Both the position numbers and the translations under genes were made by a program. The notes under the pieces were generated by a model. That model was not told the DNA's origin. It saw only the letters and a list, made by a program, of their open reading frames with translations, and made no database searches. Below, piece by piece: positions 56,566 to 64,000 of a stretch of DNA of 64,000 nt; within the stretch, counting starts at the first letter, position 1, and each line of letters begins with the position of its first letter. The stretch is from an uncultured Bacillota bacterium (GTDB lineage Bacteria; Bacillota_I; Bacilli_A; RFN20; CAG-826), in contig CALEHV010000035.1 of NCBI GenBank assembly GCA_937876465.1, positions 140 through 64,139 of the forward strand, in the 5' to 3' direction.

Positions 56566-57753
56566 ATGAATTTCGTATTTATTTCGCCTAACTTTCCATC
56601 AATATACTCACATTTCGTAAAAGCTCTAAACGAAAGGGGTTTGAAAGTTTTAGGTATTGGAGACAATCCTTATGAATGTCTAAATGATGAGTTAAAACAA
56701 AACTTAGCAGAATATTGCTATGTTTCAAATTTAGGTAATCTTCAATGGATGAAAAACACATTAGATTACTTAGAAAGTAAACATGGCCATATTGACTATA
56801 TCGAATCCAATAATGAATTCTGGTTATTCTCTGACAGTTATTTAAGAGAATATAAAGGAGTTCAAAACGGCTTCCTTCCATCCGAAATGGATAAGATCAA
56901 ATACAAATCTCAAATGAAGCAATATTTCGAAGAAGCAAAGGTCAAAACCGCTCGTTGGATTATTGCAGATTCTTTCGAAAAAGTAATTGATTTTGTAAAC
57001 AAAGTTGGTTATCCAGTGTTTGCTAAACCAGATAACGGGGTAGGCGCTGCATGCACATATAAAATTAATAATAAAAAAGATGTTAAAAACTTCTTTGCAA
57101 CTAAGCCTAACGAAATCTACATTATGGAAGAATTCATTCAAGGCGAGATCATCTCATTCGATGGAATTGTTGATGACGAGTCTAATCCAGTTCTAGCATT
57201 CAACGAAACATTCCCAACTCCAATTGCAGAAATTGTTAATAAAGATTTAGATGTTTATTACTACGCTAATATGGACATGCCTGAAGAATTTAGAAAAATG
57301 GGTGAACGTGTTGTAAAAGCATTTAAGATTAGAAAACGTTGTTTCCATATTGAATTCTTCAAGTTAACTGAAGATAGACCAGGATTAGCTAAAAAAGGTG
57401 AAATACTTGGCCTTGAAGTTAATATGCGTTCTCCTGGAGGAGACACTCCTGACTTATTATGTATTGCATTTAATGATTCATATTATGAAGCCTACGGAGA
57501 CGTAATCGCATATAACAAAGTTAATAAAGATTTAAATAAGAAACACTACATTGCAATCTCGGTTGCTAAAAAGAATAGATTCTCCTATAAACATCAACAC
57601 AATGAGATTGAATCAAATTATAAAGACCATATTGTTAAACACGGTTTCTATGATCCTGCAATCTCAAAAGCAATGGGCAACGAATTCTATTTAGCTAAAT
57701 TTGAAAACCTTGATGAAGCATTAAAATTCAAAGACTTTATTTTAGAAAAATAA
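56566..57753 (+). CDS. ATP-grasp domain protein (carboxylate-amine ligase type)
   Basis: 395 aa. YPVFAKPDNGVGAACTYKI, IMEEFIQGEI and GLEVNMRSPGG match the ATP-grasp layout. Confidence 0.7.
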   Translation: MNFVFISPNFPSIYSHFVKALNERGLKVLGIGDNPYECLNDELKQNLAEYCYVSNLGNLQWMKNTLDYLESKHGHIDYIESNNEFWLFSDSYLREYKGVQNGFLPSEMDKIKYKSQMKQYFEEAKVKTARWIIADSFEKVIDFVNKVGYPVFAKPDNGVGAACTYKINNKKDVKNFFATKPNEIYIMEEFIQGEIISFDGIVDDESNPVLAFNETFPTPIAEIVNKDLDVYYYANMDMPEEFRKMGERVVKAFKIRKRCFHIEFFKLTEDRPGLAKKGEILGLEVNMRSPGGDTPDLLCIAFNDSYYEAYGDVIAYNKVNKDLNKKHYIAISVAKKNRFSYKHQHNEIESNYKDHIVKHGFYDPAISKAMGNEFYLAKFENLDEALKFKDFILEK

Positions 57754-57778
57754 CTCGAACGAATCGAGTTATTTTTTT
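57752..57778. terminator. terminator between convergent genes
   Basis: AACTCGA acgaa TCGAGTT followed by ATTTTTTTG. Confidence 0.75.
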
Positions 57779-57781
57779 GTT

Positions 57782-60700
57782 TTAGTATTGATATGTAGAA
57801 TTAATTGCTCCGCCGTATGTTTTAGATAAATCAGACCATTCCGTGAAGTGCGAATAAGTAGACGAAGTGAAGGTTGATTGACTGTCTCGTGTTCCAGCTA
57901 CATAGTAGAATGCTAGTCCGTGTGCATCATGGGCAGCTTCTTGTTGTGAGGAAGAATAAGCAACAAGATTTCCAAATGCAGTCTTAACATTAGAAATGTA
58001 ACTGCCTCCTGGATTAAATGTGCTATTTTTCTCAAGCAATGTTAAGAAGTGCCATACATCAAATGTGCAGAAGTAATTATAATCTGTACCACCAAAATAC
58101 TTCGTTTTTCCAATAAGGTTTGAATTAAATGTAGATTTATTACTTGATGTAATCTTATTCTTAAGTTGAGCAGCTAATTCTTCAAAAGCGGTCTTGTAAG
58201 CAGACATATAATTCAAGTTATAGTATGCCAATGTTTGATCGCAAGGATAGTATTCGCCTTCCCAATAACCTCCTGTTCCATTCACTCCGCCATTATCACT
58301 AATAAATCCATCAACAACGGCTTTTAAAATGGTTTCAGTAGATTTGTTAGCATAAACATCGTCAATCCATGTGTCGTAATCCCATCCCTCTCCAGCTTCA
58401 GATTCTTCAGAACCAACCATATAGTTGAAATATGGAGAGTTGAACTCTGCAACATCTTGCAAGCCCATTAAACATGCGTCATATCCAATCCACTCAAGTT
58501 TTGTAGTTCCAGTTGATTGGAAAGCCCCACTAACAGCATTTACAACTTCGTAATCATATAATGAATCCTGGCTGTAATTTTCATCATAGCAAACGCCTCT
58601 CATTCCGCCACCATGGTTCCAGAGTATAACACCTGTTTTTTCTGCAGGATATTCTGTTAAACCCCATTCTAGGAATGACTGGAATGTTTCAGTTTCACCC
58701 ATAGATGCATTATCAAGTCTTTCATCAAGAACATAATTTTTTGAACTTAGATGGAATCGATTTAATTTATTTAAATAAATCAAAGAAGAGTATGAATCAT
58801 TCCAACTCTTTGCACCACCAGCCTCAATAACAATATTTACATCATTAGGTTGGTTCTTTACGGATTTGATTTCATCAAGATCGCCTGAAGCGAGACCGTT
58901 CTTGCTCTCCAAATCGTTTCCGCTCATATAAATCAAAATAGTATATTTATCTTTTTGCTGTTCAGTAACAGTCACGGAACATGTTGCTGTTTTGTTACCA
59001 TCTTGAGTTGTACAAGTAATTGTTGCAGTTCCAACAGCTTTAGCTGTTACTAAACCCGATGAATCGACTGAAGCAATTGTGGATTTACTTGAAGACCAAG
59101 AAACGTTCTTATTAGAAGCATTAGATGGAGATACTGTTGGGGTTAATTGATATGTTGAACCAATGCCAATAGATGCTGAGGAAGTATTTAATGTAACTCC
59201 TGTAACAGCAATTGTCTTAACTGTAACTGTACATGAAGCAACAGTTGTTGTTGTTTCGCCAGTCTCAACAGTAGCTTTAATTGTTGCTTGTCCAGTTTTA
59301 ACACCTGTAACTACACCATTGTCAACTGTTGCAATTGTTTCGTTTGTGCTTGTCCAAGTAATTCCTCGATTGTAATTAGATGGAGATACTGTAGCTTTAA
59401 GTTCAACAGCATTTCCTAATGCAACCTCTTGTGTAGATGGCAAAGATACGCTTGTTGCATATACAGGTTTTCCACTTGTTCCATAAAGTTCTGGAAGAAG
59501 CATTGATGTAGAAGTGTTTGATGTATATGTTGTGAAACGAGGACTACCTGAATTGTAAAGTATACGTCCATAGCTACTTGTTCCGTTTTGAATTGTTGCA
59601 GAATCACTGCTAATAGAAATATCCCATGTAGTTGTTCCGCTGTTCCAACCTACACTCTTTGCACCAGATGATCCTAATAAATCGCCATTATCATTTTCAA
59701 AAGTCCATGCGCCAGAATTTCCGCCAACAGTGAATATAACAGCACCTTCTCCTGGTGCAACAACATCATCATCAAATTCTGAATCAATAGGATCTAGGAA
59801 TGTGCCATTAACATCTCCTGCAACAACACCTTTAGAAGCACTACCGATTACAACCTTCATACCGGCTTCAATATCATTAGCATTTGTAATTAATTCAAAA
59901 CCTTCTGGTTTAACTGGTTCAGTAACCGTAATTGTACATGTTGCTGTGAAGCTACCATCTGTTGTTGTAACAGTAATAACTGCTGTGCCGGCAGACTTAC
60001 CTGTAACTAAACCATTACTATCAACTGATGCAATAGTTGGTTTATCAGATTGCCAAGCAACTGATTTTGTTGTTGCTGTTGATGGGGTAACAGTTGCAGT
60101 TAATTGAACTGTCTTGCCAACTTCGATTGATGCTGTTGTTTTATCAAGAGTGACATCTTGTACTGGAACAGCGTTAACTGTAATAGCGACCGAACCAGAA
60201 ATTGATGGGTTATCAGTCTTATAAACTTTAGCAGACCAGTTTCCTGCAACACCTAAGATTTGGCTCATGTCATGAGCAACACTGTTTGGATTTAATAAAC
60301 TTGCAGAAAGTCCGTATTCACTAAAGTTAGCATATGGAACGTCTTTTGCTGTTGTACCATCGCTAAGACTTAATGTCGCTTTTAAATTGTTTGTAAATGT
60401 AACTGTTTGAGCAGTTGTATAAGTTGTTGTTGTCATGGAAGCACTAATAGCTGTAACAACTACTGGTGGATTGCCAACAATGATTTGAATATCAACTGGT
60501 AAGAGTGTTGAATATTGAACTCTAACCCAATATGTACCAGCTTCTGGGAAAGGTTTTGTTTTATCAATACCACTTCCACCTTGAGTTTTTGAAACATTAT
60601 ATGTGTATTGAGTTGAAGTTAAAGAAACTTGAGTTCCGTCTTGTTTTTTAGCTTTAACGATTAATCCATTATCTGAAGAATATGTATTTTCAGTTGTATA

Positions 60701-61774
60701 ATCGTTTGCTTTTGTATCAGAAACTGTAATTCCAACAATATCACTTGGTGTGTCATATTCGACATCAGCTAATTTAACTTTATGATAAAGATAAGTAACA
60801 TTGTCTTGTCCTTTGTTCCAAGAGTTCCAAGTTGTCTTACTTGTATTGTAAGAAACGTAGTGTGGATCTGAGTTATTGCTATAAATCTTGTGAGATGAAA
60901 GATCAATATTCCATGTTCTGTTACTAGTTGATCCTTCAGTTGAGAAATATAAGCTTTGATATGAGCCGCCATCATAAAGAGGTTTTGTATCTCCACCTTC
61001 TTTAGTGAATTGGTATGAACCTTTAGAACCGCTTAAAACGAAACCATAACCTGAAACATAATCAAATTGTTTACTAGCAACATTTATAGATGCAGATGCT
61101 AAGTAATAATTTGCGGAAATTGTGTTTGTAGAAACTTTACCGCTTCCGTTATTTACTGTAGCAAATGTATAAACATCGCCAGAGATAAGGTCTTTTTCGT
61201 CTTCAACAAGTTGAAAAACTGTTTTGCCTTCGATTTGGTGTCCGTGAGCAGCTGGGTTGTCAACACATGTGTATTGATATGTAGCTTTCTCGAGGTTAAC
61301 ACTACCGCCGGTAGCAGATAATTCGACGTAATAAGGTAATGAAGGTAAGTTATATACTTCTGTGCTTATTGCGTTGCTGTAACCAGACCATGTTGCGCCA
61401 TCGTATGAAGTTCTAAATCTTAAAGATCCGGAACCAGAAAAATTAAACTGCATGTAATCGATTGATGTAATTTGTACAGTATTAACAATTTTTCCACCAT
61501 TTGCGATTGTCGCATGGCCGGTAGAACTAACGCTACAATTTGTGTAATCGAATCCGATTTGCCAGTTACCTGAACTTGTTGTAATGTCCTTATGAGTTTC
61601 AGATGATCCTAGCTTGTTACTTGAGTCTAAAACAACTGTGTAATCAGAATCGCCAAACGCACCCGCAGCGTTTATTTTTGAGGAGGAATTTGTAAAAGCT
61701 AAAATGCTAACCATTCCTAGGATAGCAAGTGAGGAGGCGAAAGCAAGTCCGCCTAGCTTGTTCTTCTTTTCCAT
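57782..61774 (-). CDS. giant secreted or surface clostripain-like (C11) cysteine protease with Big_2 domains and uncharacterised modules
   Basis: The ATG at 61774 has GGAG 7 nt upstream and encodes the signal peptide MEKKNKLGGLAFASSLAILGMVSILAF. There are three Big_2-like repeats. The C-terminal roughly 390 aa carry YTILIYMSGNDLE, ILWNHGGG (His) and IGYDACLMG (Cys). Confidence 0.85.
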   Translation of the reverse strand: MEKKNKLGGLAFASSLAILGMVSILAFTNSSSKINAAGAFGDSDYTVVLDSSNKLGSSETHKDITTSSGNWQIGFDYTNCSVSSTGHATIANGGKIVNTVQITSIDYMQFNFSGSGSLRFRTSYDGATWSGYSNAISTEVYNLPSLPYYVELSATGGSVNLEKATYQYTCVDNPAAHGHQIEGKTVFQLVEDEKDLISGDVYTFATVNNGSGKVSTNTISANYYLASASINVASKQFDYVSGYGFVLSGSKGSYQFTKEGGDTKPLYDGGSYQSLYFSTEGSTSNRTWNIDLSSHKIYSNNSDPHYVSYNTSKTTWNSWNKGQDNVTYLYHKVKLADVEYDTPSDIVGITVSDTKANDYTTENTYSSDNGLIVKAKKQDGTQVSLTSTQYTYNVSKTQGGSGIDKTKPFPEAGTYWVRVQYSTLLPVDIQIIVGNPPVVVTAISASMTTTTYTTAQTVTFTNNLKATLSLSDGTTAKDVPYANFSEYGLSASLLNPNSVAHDMSQILGVAGNWSAKVYKTDNPSISGSVAITVNAVPVQDVTLDKTTASIEVGKTVQLTATVTPSTATTKSVAWQSDKPTIASVDSNGLVTGKSAGTAVITVTTTDGSFTATCTITVTEPVKPEGFELITNANDIEAGMKVVIGSASKGVVAGDVNGTFLDPIDSEFDDDVVAPGEGAVIFTVGGNSGAWTFENDNGDLLGSSGAKSVGWNSGTTTWDISISSDSATIQNGTSSYGRILYNSGSPRFTTYTSNTSTSMLLPELYGTSGKPVYATSVSLPSTQEVALGNAVELKATVSPSNYNRGITWTSTNETIATVDNGVVTGVKTGQATIKATVETGETTTTVASCTVTVKTIAVTGVTLNTSSASIGIGSTYQLTPTVSPSNASNKNVSWSSSKSTIASVDSSGLVTAKAVGTATITCTTQDGNKTATCSVTVTEQQKDKYTILIYMSGNDLESKNGLASGDLDEIKSVKNQPNDVNIVIEAGGAKSWNDSYSSLIYLNKLNRFHLSSKNYVLDERLDNASMGETETFQSFLEWGLTEYPAEKTGVILWNHGGGMRGVCYDENYSQDSLYDYEVVNAVSGAFQSTGTTKLEWIGYDACLMGLQDVAEFNSPYFNYMVGSEESEAGEGWDYDTWIDDVYANKSTETILKAVVDGFISDNGGVNGTGGYWEGEYYPCDQTLAYYNLNYMSAYKTAFEELAAQLKNKITSSNKSTFNSNLIGKTKYFGGTDYNYFCTFDVWHFLTLLEKNSTFNPGGSYISNVKTAFGNLVAYSSSQQEAAHDAHGLAFYYVAGTRDSQSTFTSSTYSHFTEWSDLSKTYGGAINSTYQY

Positions 61775-61888
61775 AAGAATTCTCCAATAAACCGTATTTT
61801 TGTACGTATGTATATATATTATATATATGCGTATATTTTGTAAATCTTTTTGTATTAAAGCAATGTTTCTTTTCCGATTTAATCGGAA

Positions 61889-61916
61889 CAAAAAACCTGC
61901 AGGAGTCCCTACAGGT
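61889..61916 (-). terminator. terminator after the Ser-rich lipoprotein gene
   Basis: The minus strand reads ACCTGTAGG gact CCTGCAGGT (one mismatch) followed by TTTTTTG. Confidence 0.7.
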
Positions 61917-61933
61917 GTTTGCTGTAAAAATGA

Positions 61934-62677
61934 TTAATCAGCGTAATATTCAATGGTCATCGAACTTAATGCAGCACGACATTTTTCATCGTTCAAATCG
62001 GTTTGAACATGGAATGCGTGATACACCTTATCACCAGCTGGCATTGTGATGGTTCCAGACTTTTCAGGACCTTCAGTAGCTGATTCAGTTGTTAAGTCTA
62101 AAGTTTGCCATGTTGATTGAACTGTTGTTTCGCCATAATAGACGATTGTATTTGTGTCGTAGTTAGCACCAGAATATCCAGTTCCCGAATCAAATGTTTT
62201 CCAATATGATTCAACATTTAACGAAATTGATTTAACGTCTTTTGCAAAAGAGAAATGTAAGCTTCCTCCTGCTTTGCCTGCACCTATGGTGCAAGAAACT
62301 GTACCGCTTAATTCGTGCATTGCAGTTGAGTTTACGTTGTATGGTGTTGCAGAACTAAATACTTCATCACGATATGGGTTTGCACCGTTTAAATAATTTT
62401 TAAGTTCGTTAACGTGTTCATCTAATCCGACACCAGCACCAAAAGCTTCCTTCCATGCACCGTCTTGTAAGACAATTGTGAATGAACGTACTTCTCTTTC
62501 TTGTGAAGTCGTAGAAGATGAAGAAGATGATGAACTTGATTCACTTGAACTTTGTGAAGTTGAACTTGATGAGGAAGTGCTTGATGAACTGCCTGTAGAT
62601 GAAGATGTTTGTGGATTACATCCAGCGAGCAATGCCCCAGATGCTACTAGCACTAATAAATTACAAATTTTTTTCAT
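61934..62677 (-). CDS. lipoprotein with a poly-Ser linker and a C-terminal beta-rich domain
   Basis: The ATG at 62677 has GGAG 6 nt upstream and encodes MKKICNLLVLVASGALLAGC (lipobox), followed by about 45 residues that are almost all Ser/Thr. Confidence 0.8.
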   Translation of the reverse strand: MKKICNLLVLVASGALLAGCNPQTSSSTGSSSSTSSSSSTSQSSSESSSSSSSSSTTSQEREVRSFTIVLQDGAWKEAFGAGVGLDEHVNELKNYLNGANPYRDEVFSSATPYNVNSTAMHELSGTVSCTIGAGKAGGSLHFSFAKDVKSISLNVESYWKTFDSGTGYSGANYDTNTIVYYGETTVQSTWQTLDLTTESATEGPEKSGTITMPAGDKVYHAFHVQTDLNDEKCRAALSSMTIEYYAD

Positions 62678-62783
62678 AAAAATCTCCGTTTTTGAATTAT
62701 ACCATAACAAGTAAGTATTTTTAATTCTTTGAATAAGTATTAAAATTATATAAACAAACCTATTAGGTTCTTAAGGAGATATT

Positions 62784-64000
62784 ATGTATCAACCGAAAAT
62801 GAAGCTAACAGAAGAACAGCTTAATATTTTAAGCGGTAAAGAAGGCGAAACAAAAGCCAAGGTTATGGAAACAATTGTTCGTTATGGCGACATGTTTGAA
62901 GCTACCGAACTTGTTAAAGTAACTCATGGACAAGGTCACCTTGTCACATCTTTTGGACTACAACTTCTAACTCCTGTTTACCGTGTGATGGACGAACTCA
63001 TCAAAGCAAATTTAAAAGTCGAAGAAGGTTTCACGATGGATCCAAGACCAGTCGACTTTGCAAACGTTAGATGTGATCCACTTGAGAAATTAATTTTTAA
63101 AAAGATTCTTTACGGAACTCAAGGTAAATATGAAGACCAATTAACAAAACTTGGTCTTAAGAGCAAAGACTCATTCTCATGCGCATGTTATTTCAAAGAA
63201 ATGGATAACGTGCCTAAGAAAGGTGACGTTCTTTCCTGGGCAGAATCTAGCGCAGTTAACTATGCAAACTCAGTCTTAGGAGCACGTTGTAATCGTAACT
63301 CGGGTATTATCGATATCTTTGGTTCGATTATTGGTTATGTTCCAAAATTTGGTTTATTGACCGATGAAGGCCGTAAAGCATCTTGGAGAGTTATCATTAA
63401 AACCACTAAAAAACCAATTCCACAAATTCTTGGTTCTGCAATCGGAATGAAAGTTATGGAAGATGTTCCATATGTTATCGGACTCGACAAATGGATTGGC
63501 GACGAACTTAACGAAGATGTTAAAGATTACTTAAAAGATTTTGGTGCTGCTACAGCAAGTAATGGCGCAGTTGGTCTTTATCACATCGATAAGATTACTC
63601 CAGAAGCAAAAGAGCTTGGCGAGAAGCTTATTAAGGAAGACGCAAAAGAATACATTATTACAGATGAAGAACTCGAAAGAGTTTATAAATCATATCCAAT
63701 AATGTGGAAGAACAAAAACAAACAAGGCAACAAAGCTTTCATTGGATGTCCTCATCTATCAATGACTCAATTAAATGATTGGGCAGATAGAATCATTAAT
63801 GCAGTCAAAGAGGCTGGAAGAAAGAAAGTTAAAATTGAAACAGTACTATGTACTGCTCCAGCAATTAGGGCCGAATTTGTTAAGACAGAAAAATATAAAC
63901 AATTATATGAAGTTGGCGCACGTGTAACATGCATTTGCCCACTCATGTATACTTCAAACCCATTAACAAAACGTCATAGATTAATGACATGTTCAAATAA
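62784..64000 (+). CDS. aconitase X catalytic-domain protein (DUF521/AcnX large subunit), 3' end outside the window
   Basis: AAGGAG lies 5 nt upstream of the ATG. The product MYQPKMKLTEEQLNILSGKEGETKAKVMETIVRYGDMFEATELVKVTHGQGHL matches the DUF521 N-terminal pattern. The frame is open to the window end. Confidence 0.7.
   Translation, partial: MYQPKMKLTEEQLNILSGKEGETKAKVMETIVRYGDMFEATELVKVTHGQGHLVTSFGLQLLTPVYRVMDELIKANLKVEEGFTMDPRPVDFANVRCDPLEKLIFKKILYGTQGKYEDQLTKLGLKSKDSFSCACYFKEMDNVPKKGDVLSWAESSAVNYANSVLGARCNRNSGIIDIFGSIIGYVPKFGLLTDEGRKASWRVIIKTTKKPIPQILGSAIGMKVMEDVPYVIGLDKWIGDELNEDVKDYLKDFGAATASNGAVGLYHIDKITPEAKELGEKLIKEDAKEYIITDEELERVYKSYPIMWKNKNKQGNKAFIGCPHLSMTQLNDWADRIINAVKEAGRKKVKIETVLCTAPAIRAEFVKTEKYKQLYEVGARVTCICPLMYTSNPLTKRHRLMTCSN

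Overview
This is a visibly AT-rich bacterial chromosome segment that reads cleanly with the standard code: long ORFs stay intact with TGG as Trp, and TGA is used as a stop (e.g. 38893-38895). Gene content is Bacillota/Mycoplasmatota-like (Erysipelotrichia- or Acholeplasma-type), but the taxon cannot be proven from the sequence alone. Surface proteins here are anchored by lipoboxes or C-terminal TM helices. I saw no LPXTG motif and no peptidoglycan genes in this window.

Core backbone:
- FMN riboswitch with ribU.
- A seven-gene translationally coupled sufC-D-S-U-B-mnmG-rsmG operon.
- A PrsA-like lipoprotein pair, then hit.
- gpsA-yhaM-recX, a GT4 glycolipid transferase and a flippase-like membrane protein.
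- A metallophosphoesterase and mgtC.
- Four tRNAs (Ile-Val-Thr, then Leu), rplM-rpsI and yebC.
- A long minus-strand run: smpB-folC-folT-(55-aa ORF)-S8 protease-comEB-ecfA1-ecfA2-ecfT-truA.

Accessory content:
- One IS110-family element (11828-13270) bounded by an 11-bp direct repeat, with a roughly 150-nt structured leader that is a candidate bridge RNA.
- An AT-rich island next to smpB. It carries a 1252-aa lipoprotein combining collagen-like repeats, Listeria-Bacteroides repeats and BspA-type LRRs, and the spacer of its predicted promoter is a (CT)11 microsatellite.
- An orphan RelB/DinJ antitoxin with a decayed toxin remnant.
- A zinc-ribbon membrane protein coupled to a CDF transporter.
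- A 13-kb Wzx/Wzy-type polysaccharide locus: HddC-GmhB fusion, phosphoglycosyl transferase, rmlACDB, two CgeB-like paralogues, two Wzy-like paralogues and an ATP-grasp enzyme.
- A family of large surface proteins (S8 protease, C11 protease, a 905-aa non-catalytic protein and a 247-aa lipoprotein) that share two uncharacterised modules.

The best follow-up candidates are the IS110 leader RNA, the microsatellite promoter switch and the modular surface-protein family.
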